The translations under genes were made by a program, and so were the position numbers. DNA of 64,000 bases from Alphaproteobacteria bacterium (GTDB lineage Bacteria > Pseudomonadota > Alphaproteobacteria > MPNO01 > UBA830). Below are positions 10,271-19,334 of this stretch, piece by piece. The stretch covers positions 5,024,001 to 5,088,000 of the forward strand of contig OZ251539.1 of NCBI GenBank assembly GCA_965243135.1. Reading direction: 5' to 3'. The notes under the pieces were generated by a model that worked only from the letters and a program-made list of their open reading frames with translations, was not told the origin of the DNA and searched no databases. Within the stretch, counting starts at the first letter, position 1. The number at the start of each line of letters is the position of its first letter.

Positions 10271-10399
10271 GGGATGAATCGCCCGAACCGGCAGCCGGCT
10301 CGGACGAACCTTCCTGCGACGGCCCGAGCCGGAATCCACCTTCGCGAACGGATCGGATATAAGACCTTCATCCTGACTCGGACGAGATTGCGACTTCCG

Positions 10400-11812
10400 T
10401 TGACCACCAACCAGCCCTATACGCCGGATCTGCGCGGCTTCATCGAGTTCCTCGAAACCGAGCACCCTGGCCAGGTTCTCCGCATCTCCAGGGAGGTCGA
10501 CCCGGATTTCGGCGTGTCCGGCATCCTGCACCGCCTGGAAAAGGACGGGCATTTCAAGCTGGTCGTCTTCGAAAACGTGAAGGGATCCGGCATCCCGCTG
10601 GTGTCCAACATGCACGCCAGCTTCGCCCGCCTGCGCCTCGCGCTCGGCATGGAGGACGGCGACGAAAGGGCCTTTCTCGCGGAATACGCGGCGCGGGAGG
10701 AAAACCCGGTCGCGCCCGTGTTCGTCGACGACGCGCCCGTGCAGGAGGTCGTTCGCGCCGGCGAGGACGTCGATCTCGGCCGCTTTCCGATCTGCACCTA
10801 TCACGAACTCGACGCCGGCAAATACGTCACGGCGGGGCTCGGCCTGATGCGCGACCCGGAAACCGGGATCGACAACGTCGGGATCTACCGGCACATGGTG
10901 CACGGGCGCAACGAACTCGGCATCCAGCTCTCGGAAACCGCTCACGGCAACGTCATCTGGAAGAAATACGAGGCGCGGGGCGAACCCTGCCCCATCGCCG
11001 TCGTCGTCGGCCATCACCCGGCGTTCTTCCTGGGGGCCCTGAGCTTCGCGCCGATGGACGCGAACGAGCTGCACGTCGCCGGCGGCGTCCTCCAGCGCCC
11101 GGTCCGGCTCGTCCCTTGCAAGACCATACCGCTGGACGTTCCGGCCGACGCCGAGATCGTTTTCGAGTGCATGATCCGGCCCGGGGAGCGCAGGGCCGAG
11201 GCGCCGTTCGGCGAATATCCCGGAACCTACGGCCCCCGGCGCATGAATCCGGTGCTTGAAGTCCGGGCGATCACCCACCGCCGGGACCCGCTCTACCAGG
11301 ACGCTTTCGTCGGCCATGCGGAACACCTGCTGCTCACGGGCATCGTCCGCGCCTCGTCCATCGAGAAGACGGTGAGGATCGCCTGCGGCACGGTGACCCG
11401 GGTTCGGGTTTCGCGCGCGGGATCCTACCGCTTCGTCTGCTACGTCGCGATCGACCGCAAGATCGAGGGCGAAGCGAAGCAGGCGGCCATGGCCGCCTTC
11501 GTCGCGGATCCGTTCCTCAAGTTCGTGGTCGTCGTCGACAAGGACGTCGACGTCTCGAGCGACACCGAGGTCATGCACGCCATAGGGACGCGGGTGCGCG
11601 GCGACCGCGACATCTTCATGGTCCCTTACGCCAAGGGATCGCCGCTCGATCCGGCCTCGTTCGACCCGGAGGGCGGCTCGCATCTGGTCACCAAGGTCGG
11701 CATCGACGCCACGCGCAAGGACGACTATCCGGCCGAGATCTCCGTGCCCGGGGCCGACGGCATAGACCTCTCCGAGTTCATAGACGGCTACGAGCCGGGA
11801 GGCGCCGCATGA
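10400..11812 (+). CDS. UbiD-family (prFMN-dependent) decarboxylase
   Basis: DLRGFIEFLE, DAGKYVT, NVGIYR, EAPFGEYPGTY, VVVVDKDVD and KVGIDAT motifs; TTG start at 10400 is inferred. Confidence 0.9.
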   Translation: MTTNQPYTPDLRGFIEFLETEHPGQVLRISREVDPDFGVSGILHRLEKDGHFKLVVFENVKGSGIPLVSNMHASFARLRLALGMEDGDERAFLAEYAAREENPVAPVFVDDAPVQEVVRAGEDVDLGRFPICTYHELDAGKYVTAGLGLMRDPETGIDNVGIYRHMVHGRNELGIQLSETAHGNVIWKKYEARGEPCPIAVVVGHHPAFFLGALSFAPMDANELHVAGGVLQRPVRLVPCKTIPLDVPADAEIVFECMIRPGERRAEAPFGEYPGTYGPRRMNPVLEVRAITHRRDPLYQDAFVGHAEHLLLTGIVRASSIEKTVRIACGTVTRVRVSRAGSYRFVCYVAIDRKIEGEAKQAAMAAFVADPFLKFVVVVDKDVDVSSDTEVMHAIGTRVRGDRDIFMVPYAKGSPLDPASFDPEGGSHLVTKVGIDATRKDDYPAEISVPGADGIDLSEFIDGYEPGGAA

Positions 11813-12759
11813 CGCACCGCATCGACGTCCATCATCACATCCTGCCCCCGGACTACGTCGACATCGTCGGCGACGCGCGCATCGGCCCGCTCATCCTGGC
11901 CGGCAAGACGCCCGAATGGACGCCGCAGATGTCGGTCGAGGCGATGGACCGCAACGGCATCGGCACGGCGGTCACTTCGATTTCCGCGCCCGGCCTGTGG
12001 TTCGGAGACACGCGGGAGACGGTCGACCTCTGCCGGACGTGCAACGAATACGCGGCGCGCATCCGCAGCGATCATCCCGGCCGTTTCGGCGTCTTCGCCA
12101 GCCTGCCGCTGCCGGACGTCGACGCCAGCCTCGCGGAAATCGCCTTCGCCATGGACGAGCTCGGCGCCGACGGAATTGGCTTGCTGACGAGCTACGGCGA
12201 CCGATACCCCGGAGATCCGGCCTTCGCGCCGGTATTCGACGAACTGAACCGGCGCCGGGCCGTGGCGTACTTCCACCCGACCAACGCCCCCTGCAGCCAG
12301 TGCCTGCCGGAAATCCCGGCCGCGACCCTCGATTTTCCCTTCGACACGACCCGCGCGGTGGTCAGCCTGCTGTTCGGCGGCACCTTCGCGCGCTGCCGCG
12401 ACATCCGCTTCATCTTTTCCCATGCGGGCGGAACGATCCCGTTCCTCGCGGAACGAATCGGCCGCCTCGCGGGAAGGCCGGGTTTCCGGGAAAGCGTTCC
12501 CGACGGCGTGGTTCCGGAGCTCGAAAGGCTTTATTACGACACCGCGCTTTCGACCAACCGCTTCGCGTTCGCCAGCCTGCTGGAGCTGGTCGATCCCCGA
12601 CGCGTGCTGTTCGGCAGCGACTATCCCTTCGCGCCGGAGGCGACGATGACCGGATCCGTGAAGGCGCTCGCGGAGATGGATCTCGCGCCCGGCGTGCTGC
12701 AGGGAATCGAGCGGGACAACGCGCTGGCGATCCTTCCGAATCTGGAGACGGTCCGATAG
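11809..12759 (+). CDS. Amidohydrolase-2 family protein (ACMSD/6-methylsalicylate decarboxylase-like)
   Basis: IDVHHH, YFHP, SHAGG and LFGSDYPF motifs; ATGA overlap with ubiD. Confidence 0.88.
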   Translation: MTHRIDVHHHILPPDYVDIVGDARIGPLILAGKTPEWTPQMSVEAMDRNGIGTAVTSISAPGLWFGDTRETVDLCRTCNEYAARIRSDHPGRFGVFASLPLPDVDASLAEIAFAMDELGADGIGLLTSYGDRYPGDPAFAPVFDELNRRRAVAYFHPTNAPCSQCLPEIPAATLDFPFDTTRAVVSLLFGGTFARCRDIRFIFSHAGGTIPFLAERIGRLAGRPGFRESVPDGVVPELERLYYDTALSTNRFAFASLLELVDPRRVLFGSDYPFAPEATMTGSVKALAEMDLAPGVLQGIERDNALAILPNLETVR

Positions 12760-13229
12760 AAGAACTGACGCTGCGGATCAACGGCGAGACCCGGACGGTC
12801 GCTTGCGACCCGTCGACGCCGCTGATCTTCGTCCTGCGCAACGGGCTCGGCCTTACCGGCGCGAGATTCGGTTGCGGCCTCGAACAGTGCGGCGCGTGCG
12901 CCGTGCTGGTGGACGGAAAGAGCACGCTGAGCTGCGCCAGACCTGCGGCGGAATTCGCCGGACGGGAAATCGAGACGGCGGAAGCGCTCGAACGCGACCC
13001 GACGGGCGCTCGCGTCCAGAGGGCGTTCGTCGCCGAAGGCGCCGCGCAGTGCGGTTACTGCACGACCGGCATGGTGGTTGCCGCGACCGCGCTGCTCCGG
13101 GAGGATCCCGCGCCCGGCGACGCCGCGGTGCGCGAGGCGCTGCACGGCCACCTCTGCCGCTGCGGCTCGCAGGCGCGCGTCCTCGCGGCCGTCGAACGCG
13201 CTTGCCGCGAGGCCCCCGGTGCCGTCTAG
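12756..13229 (+). CDS. (2Fe-2S)-binding small subunit of a molybdenum hydroxylase (IorA/CoxS-like); non-canonical start
   Basis: FGCGLEQCGAC...SC, QCGYCTTG and HLCRCG motifs. The codon 8 nt after the GGAG RBS is ATA. Confidence 0.88.
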   Translation: MEELTLRINGETRTVACDPSTPLIFVLRNGLGLTGARFGCGLEQCGACAVLVDGKSTLSCARPAAEFAGREIETAEALERDPTGARVQRAFVAEGAAQCGYCTTGMVVAATALLREDPAPGDAAVREALHGHLCRCGSQARVLAAVERACREAPGAV

Positions 13230-15357
13230 CAGCCTCGCCCGCCATCCCCGTCTGGACGAATGGCTGGAGATCGGAACGGACGGGCGCGTCCTCGTCCGCA
13301 CCGGAAAGGTCGACATCGGCCAGCGCATCTCGACCGCGCTGGCGATGATCGCGGCCGAAGAGCTCGACGTTCATCCCGACCGGATCGACGTGTCGCGAAC
13401 CGCGACCGGCGTCGATCCCGACGAGGGCGTCACGGCGGGCAGCGCCTCGATGGAACAGTCGGGCAACGCGATCCGCGCCGCGGCGGCCACGGCGCGGCGC
13501 CGCATGCTGGCGCAGGCAGCCGAAACGCTGGGCGTCGACGCCAAGAGCCTGGAGGTCGAGGACGGACTCGTCCATTCGCGCCGGACCAACCGCAGCGTCA
13601 CCTACGCCGAACTGCAGGGGGGAAAGCCGTTCGGCATCGCGGTCGACCCCGACGCTCCGACGGCGACGCTGCGGCGAATCGTCGGAAGCGCGGCGACGCC
13701 GCGCTTCATGGACGACATCGTCTCGGGTCGATATCGCTTCGTTCACGACCTCGCTCTGCCGGGCATGCTGCACGCCCGCGTCGTGCGGCCGCCGCATTAC
13801 GACGCGGCGCTGGTCGAACTCGACGACGAAGCGGTCGCGGGTCTCGGCGAAACCCGTCTGGTTCGCGACGGCAGTTTTCTCGCCGTGGCGGACGCGGACG
13901 AATACAGGGCCATACGCGCCGCCGAGCGGATCGCAGGCGCATCGGTCTGGAAGCCCGAACGCGGGATCGAGCCGCAGGACGTCTACGAGCGGCTGACAGA
14001 GAACGAACGCGCGAGCCTGCCGGTGATCGACGGCTCCCCGGTCGACGCGCCGCCGCCGGATCTCGGAGATCCGCCGGCGGAGGCGGCCGCGACGCTGGAG
14101 GCGCGCTACGAAAAGCCCTACCTGATGCACGGTTCCATCGGCCCGTCGGCGGCCATGGCGCTGTTCCGGGACGGCCGGCTGGAAATCCGGTCGCACAGCC
14201 AGAGCGTCTACTTCCTGCGCGACAGCATCTCCGAGGCGCTGGAACTGAGGCCCGAAAACGTGCAGGTGATCCACATGCCGGGGGCAGGATGCTACGGCCA
14301 CAACGGCGCGGACGACGCCGCCCTCGACGCCGCGTTGATCGCCTGCGCCTTGCCCGGCGTCCCCGTCCTCCTCAAGTGGACCCGGGAACAGGAACACGCC
14401 TGGGAGCCTTACGGCACCTGCATGGCGATGAAGCTGCGGGCGAGCCTCGACGACCGCGGAACCGTGATCGCCTGGTCCCACGAAAGCTACGGCGACACCT
14501 TCAACATGCGCCCGCGCGCGGGCCCCGGAGGAGCGGGACCTGCGCGCCTGCTGGCGAGCCGGCACCGGGCGCAACCCGCGCCGCGCTTCGTTCCCCGGCC
14601 GGCGATGGACCGCCACATGGGCATCCACCGCAATCTCGATCCGATATACGAATTCGCGGATCGGCGCCTGATCAAGAACCTCGTGCGCGGCCTGCCGCTG
14701 CGCACCTCGGCGCTGCGGACGCTCGGCGCCTTCGCCAACGTATTCGCGATCGAATGCTTCATGGACGAACTCGCGGAAGCGGCGAACGCCGATCCCGTGC
14801 AGTTTCGGCTCCGTCACCTGCGGGATCCGCGAGCGCGCGAGACGTTGAAGGCGGCCGCCGATCTCCTCGCCTCCCGGCCGATGCCGCCGGACAGAGGGCG
14901 CGGCCTCGGTTTCGCGCGTTACAAGAACGCGCAGGCGTATGCGGCCGTGGGAGTCGAGGTCGAAGTCACCGACGCGGCCGAGATCGCGCTGCACAGAATG
15001 GCGATCGCTGCGGACGCCGGCGAGGTCGTGGATCGCGCGGGGCTCGTCGCGCAGATGGAAGGCGGCGCCCTGCAGGCAGCGAGCTGGACGCTGTACGAGG
15101 AGGTGACCTTCGACAGCGGCGGGGTGACCAGCCGGGATTGGGAAACCTATCCCATTCTCCGTTTCGACAACGTGCCCGAGATCGAAACCGTCCTTCTGGA
15201 TCGGCCGGGCGCGCCGTTTCTCGGCGCGGGCGAAGCCTCTTCCGGTCCGGCCGGCGCCGCGATCGGAAACGCGGTCCGCGACGCCGCCGGCCTGCGCCTG
15301 CGGCGCATGCCGTTCACGCCCGACGCGATCCGGGCGGCCGCCATGGCGGACGACTGA
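13219..15357 (+). CDS. Xanthine dehydrogenase-family molybdopterin-binding subunit (IorB/NicB-like)
   Basis: GKVDIGQ, TAGSAS, GAGCYGHNG, AQMEGG and GAGE motifs; GTG start overlapping the small subunit. Confidence 0.9.
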   Translation: MPSSSLARHPRLDEWLEIGTDGRVLVRTGKVDIGQRISTALAMIAAEELDVHPDRIDVSRTATGVDPDEGVTAGSASMEQSGNAIRAAAATARRRMLAQAAETLGVDAKSLEVEDGLVHSRRTNRSVTYAELQGGKPFGIAVDPDAPTATLRRIVGSAATPRFMDDIVSGRYRFVHDLALPGMLHARVVRPPHYDAALVELDDEAVAGLGETRLVRDGSFLAVADADEYRAIRAAERIAGASVWKPERGIEPQDVYERLTENERASLPVIDGSPVDAPPPDLGDPPAEAAATLEARYEKPYLMHGSIGPSAAMALFRDGRLEIRSHSQSVYFLRDSISEALELRPENVQVIHMPGAGCYGHNGADDAALDAALIACALPGVPVLLKWTREQEHAWEPYGTCMAMKLRASLDDRGTVIAWSHESYGDTFNMRPRAGPGGAGPARLLASRHRAQPAPRFVPRPAMDRHMGIHRNLDPIYEFADRRLIKNLVRGLPLRTSALRTLGAFANVFAIECFMDELAEAANADPVQFRLRHLRDPRARETLKAAADLLASRPMPPDRGRGLGFARYKNAQAYAAVGVEVEVTDAAEIALHRMAIAADAGEVVDRAGLVAQMEGGALQAASWTLYEEVTFDSGGVTSRDWETYPILRFDNVPEIETVLLDRPGAPFLGAGEASSGPAGAAIGNAVRDAAGLRLRRMPFTPDAIRAAAMADD

Positions 15358-15388
15358 CGGATCCCGAAATTTGCGCTACGCTCGCGCA

Positions 15389-16207
15389 ATGCTGGACGTC
15401 AAACCGCTTTCGACCGCGCTCGGCGCCGAGGTCTTCGGCCTGGATCTCGCGGCTCCTCTCGACTCCGCGACGGTCGCCGCGTTGCGCGCGGCGTGGCTGG
15501 ACAACCTTGTCCTGGTCTTCAGAGGCCAGACGATGGAAGAAGGGGATCAGGTCCGTTTCGCGTCGCGCTTCGGAAAGCCGGTCGGCTCCAGATCGGCGCC
15601 GCGGCGCGACGACGGCGACCCCCGCGCAATGCTCATCGGCAACGTGCGCGAGAACGGCGAACCGATCGGCGCGTTGCCGGACGGCGAACTGATGTTCCAC
15701 GCGGATTCGACGTTCCTCGAACGGCCGCTGAAGGGAGCTACGCTCTACGGATGTGAGATCCCGTCCACCGGCGGCGACACGCTGTTCGCCAATATGTACC
15801 TCGCCTACGAGTCCCTGCCGGACGACGTCCGGACCCGGATCGAGCCGCTTCGCGCCCTCCATTGCTACGATTACTCCACGCAGGTCCGAACCGGCGCTTT
15901 CGACCGGAAGACCATGCCCCACGCGACGCACCCCGCCGTCCGCGCGCATCCCGAAACCGGTCGCCGTGCGCTGTACGTCAACCGCCTGATGACGGAAGAG
16001 TTGGTCGGCCTGCCTCCCCAGGAAAGCGCCGCGCTGCTCGATGTCTGCTTCGCCCACGCCGAACGGCCGGAAGGCGTATACCGGCATGTCTGGCGCGAGG
16101 GCGATCTCGTTTTGTGGGACAATCGCTGCACGCAGCATGCGCGCACCGATTTTCCGGCGCGCGAGCGTCGGCTTCTGCGCCGCGTCGGGATCGACTGTCC
16201 GGTCTGA
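15389..16207 (+). CDS. TauD/TfdA-family 2OG-dependent dioxygenase
   Basis: FHADST, GGDTLFA, HPAVRAHPETGR and WDNRCTQHAR motifs. Confidence 0.9.
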   Translation: MLDVKPLSTALGAEVFGLDLAAPLDSATVAALRAAWLDNLVLVFRGQTMEEGDQVRFASRFGKPVGSRSAPRRDDGDPRAMLIGNVRENGEPIGALPDGELMFHADSTFLERPLKGATLYGCEIPSTGGDTLFANMYLAYESLPDDVRTRIEPLRALHCYDYSTQVRTGAFDRKTMPHATHPAVRAHPETGRRALYVNRLMTEELVGLPPQESAALLDVCFAHAERPEGVYRHVWREGDLVLWDNRCTQHARTDFPARERRLLRRVGIDCPV

Positions 16208-16463
16208 AACGCCGCTGGTCCGTGCACAGCGAATCGCCCGGGATCCGTCCCGAAGTCTCGTACGAAAGGACACGAGTCGGCCGTTTCGGGCCTTGCGGGC
16301 CGCTCCGCGACGCGAGCCGACGGCGCCTGACGGCCGCTTCGCGGCCGAACCGGCCCTGCCCCGGGCGACGAAATTCTTGCGGAACGCAGTCCTCATCGCG
16401 CATAGTCCGGCCTGTCAGACCGCCTTCCATCTTTCCGGATCCGATGCCGCGCGCAACAGACCG

Positions 16464-18284
16464 ATGAACGGCAACCAGCCCGCACCCGCCAAGAAGCCCG
16501 GTCGCCGCGCCGGGATTTCGCTGACTCTCGCGATGACCGCCAGCGTCGGACTGCTGCTGGCCTTGACCGTGGCCGCCGTTACGGCGTTCGGTCTGTGGAA
16601 CGCCCGGCAGTCGACCGTCGTCCTTCTGAGGGAGCAGGCCCGGCTCGCCGTTTCGACCTCGGTGGCGCGGATCGAACAGCACCTCCGGCCCGCGACCGAT
16701 CAGGTCGCCTTCATCGGCGATCTTCTGGAGTCCGGCGCGCTCGACCCCGCGGATGAAGCGCGGTTCTCCGCCATTCTCACGGGGGCGCTCGCGACCGCGC
16801 CGCAGATAACGACGCTGGTCTTCATCGACCCCGCTCACCGCCTGTTCCGCGTTCAGCGCGTCGAAAGCGCGTTCCGGACATATAAGGCGGACGGGAACAG
16901 GGTTACGCGGCGAGCGATCGCCGCCGTCCAGCGGCCGGGACCGGCCGTCTGGGGGCCGCCGGTCTGGCGCGAAGCGCAGCGGACGACGCTTCTCAACCTG
17001 CGCCGTCCCATCCACCGCGGCGAACGGCTGGTCGGCCTTCTCGTCGCAACGATATCGATCGGAGAACTGTCGGAATATCTGGCGGATCTCGACGGCGAAC
17101 TCGGCGACAACGCCTTCATCCTCTACGACCGGAGGCACGTGCTGGCGCACGCGCTGCTGGCGGACCGGTTCCCGGGCCTTTCGGAAACGAAGCCGCTGCC
17201 GGACGTCGCGAACTTCAGCGATCCCGTGCTGGCGGAAATCTGGCGCGCGCCCCGCGCGCTCGTACAGGGCGACCTGCCCGAAGGAATCGAGAGCTTCTCG
17301 ATCGACGCGTTCAACGATCGGTACATGTTTCTTTATCGGAACGTGACCGGTTTCGGCGACCGGCCATGGCAGGTCGGCGCGTACTTCCGGACCGAGGACC
17401 TGGACGAGTATTTCGACAGGATCAGATGGACTGCGATGGCCGGCGGCAGCGCCTTGATCGTCGCTCTCGCCGCCGCCCTGGTTCTGTCGCGCAGCATCGC
17501 CCGGCCGATCGTCCGGCTCGCGAGAGCGGCGAACAGGGTCGGCCGGCTCGAACTTGCCGACCTGTCCGAGTTGCCGCCGAGCCGGTTCCGCGAACTCAAC
17601 GATCAGGCGAGCGCGTTCAACGCCATGCTGAGCGGGCTGCGCTGGTTCGAAGTCTACGTTCCGAAAGCCCTGGTTCGGCGCTTGATGGAACGCGACGGCG
17701 ACCGGCAACTGGCATCGGCGGAACGCGAGGTCACGGTGATGTTCACCGATATCGCCGGTTTCACGAGCATCGCGGAAGGGACGGACGCCGAAACGCTCGC
17801 CGGATTTCTCAACGATCATTTCGCGGTGATCGCCGGCGCCGTCGAGGCTGCGGGCGGGACGGTCGACAAGTTCATCGGCGACGCCGTCATGGCGTTCTGG
17901 GGAGCGCCCGAAGACCAGCCCGACCACGCCGAGCGGGCGTGCCGCGCCGCGCTGGCGATCCGGAACGCTATCGAAACCGACAACGAACGGCGGTGGACAG
18001 GCGGCGAGACGCGGGTGCGCATGCGCATCGGTTTACATACCGGCCGCGCGGTGGTCGGCAACATCGGTGCACCCGGCCGGATGAACTACACGATCGTGGG
18101 CGATACGGTGAACGTCGCCCAGCGGCTCGAACAACTCGCAAAGGGTACGTCGGACGGCGACGTCGGCATTCTCGTCAGCCAGGCGACCGCCGACAGGCTG
18201 GGCGAGGCTTTCTCCCTCGAGCCGGCGGGCGAACATCAGGTTCCCGGGCGCAACCGGCCGATCGCGGCGTTCCGGCTGGCCTGA
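16464..18284 (+). CDS. Membrane-bound class III adenylate/guanylate cyclase with sensor and HAMP domains
   Basis: Two TM segments; VMFTDIAGFT, DKFIGDAVMA, RIGLHTG and YTIVGDTVNVAQRLE motifs. Confidence 0.9.
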   Translation: MNGNQPAPAKKPGRRAGISLTLAMTASVGLLLALTVAAVTAFGLWNARQSTVVLLREQARLAVSTSVARIEQHLRPATDQVAFIGDLLESGALDPADEARFSAILTGALATAPQITTLVFIDPAHRLFRVQRVESAFRTYKADGNRVTRRAIAAVQRPGPAVWGPPVWREAQRTTLLNLRRPIHRGERLVGLLVATISIGELSEYLADLDGELGDNAFILYDRRHVLAHALLADRFPGLSETKPLPDVANFSDPVLAEIWRAPRALVQGDLPEGIESFSIDAFNDRYMFLYRNVTGFGDRPWQVGAYFRTEDLDEYFDRIRWTAMAGGSALIVALAAALVLSRSIARPIVRLARAANRVGRLELADLSELPPSRFRELNDQASAFNAMLSGLRWFEVYVPKALVRRLMERDGDRQLASAEREVTVMFTDIAGFTSIAEGTDAETLAGFLNDHFAVIAGAVEAAGGTVDKFIGDAVMAFWGAPEDQPDHAERACRAALAIRNAIETDNERRWTGGETRVRMRIGLHTGRAVVGNIGAPGRMNYTIVGDTVNVAQRLEQLAKGTSDGDVGILVSQATADRLGEAFSLEPAGEHQVPGRNRPIAAFRLA

Positions 18285-18511
18285 CCTCCGCCCGGCGTTG
18301 TTGCCGCGAAGACGCCGGGCCGCGCCCGCGGGGGAGACCGCCGCTGCGTCGCCGGAGGCAGGCATGACGCGGCAACCGCCGGGCGGCTCCGTCGGCGACG
18401 AGCGCATTCGTGCGGAGGAAGGCGGCGCGTTGTATATTCCGCCCTCATGGAAAATCCTGGCGCGGACGCGATTGCCGGAATCGCCGCCGCACGCGGACGA
18501 AACGACCGGAC

Positions 18512-19225
18512 ATGATTTGCTCGCGCATCCGCCGCCGCATCGACGACAGGCTTGCCGAAATCGAGCGCGACGAGTCCGTGCGGCTTCCGCGCGCAGTGGA
18601 GTCGGGCAGCCGCGCTTGGGGATTCCCGTCGCCCGACAGCGACTACGACGTGCGCTTTCTTTATGTGCGGCCGCGCGACTGGCATCTTGCGCTCGACAAG
18701 CGTCGCGACGTACATCCGGTCGAGGATCCGCTCGACATCAACGGCATGGCTCTGCGATTGCTTCTCAGGGCCACCTCTCGGAATGGCTGGCGTCGCCTTA
18801 TCGGGAGGACGAGACCTGCGCGCGAAGGCTGCTCGCCGCCCGCACCCGGTTCCGCCGTTCGGCGCGCTACCATTACCTGCCGACGCTCGTCCTACCGGAA
18901 GGAATTGGCCGGACGCGAAACCATTCGTCCGAAGAAATACTTCTACCCGCTCCGTCCGGCATTGGCGTTGCGGTGGCTGCGCAACCGCGCGGCCATGCCG
19001 CCGATGGATCTGCCGACCTTGATGGCCGGACTCGGCCGCGAACTTCGCGAAGCCATCGACGAATTGATCGCCCGCAAGGCGAAACGGAGCGAAACGGGCG
19101 CTCGCGTCGGCGTGCGGTTCGAAGAACTCGCCGCAGCCGAGCGCGGCGGGGAGCCTGCCGGCGTCGGCGATCCCGCGCCGCTGAACGACGCCAACGCTGC
19201 GTTTCGCGACATCGTCGGCCTCTAG
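18512..19225 (+). pseudogene. PF10127 (YcgL/RlaP-like) nucleotidyltransferase, internally frameshifted
   Basis: ESGSRAWGFPSPDSDYDVRF and KKYFYPLRP are in the main frame; the conserved EWLASP..Y...HYL segment is in another frame. Confidence 0.75.
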
Positions 19226-19334
19226 ATATGCCGCGCCGCCGCCCGGACGGGTCGCCATTCAGGCGCCGGAGCGAACCTGACCGCAGACGGCCGGCGGACC
19301 GCGCGGCCTTCCGGCGCGCCGAAACCGCGAAGCC

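Noticed and set aside
11916-13229. 437-aa fusion ORF containing the 2Fe-2S domain
   Set aside because: The first 280 codons overlap the amidohydrolase in another frame; only 12756 onward is credible.
12853-14994. Long antisense or alternative-frame ORFs (e.g. 12853-14994, 13260-15692, 19751-21793, 31138-33144, 44653-46935)
   Set aside because: They are Arg/Pro/Gly-rich shadows of recognisable genes in high-GC DNA and carry no motifs.
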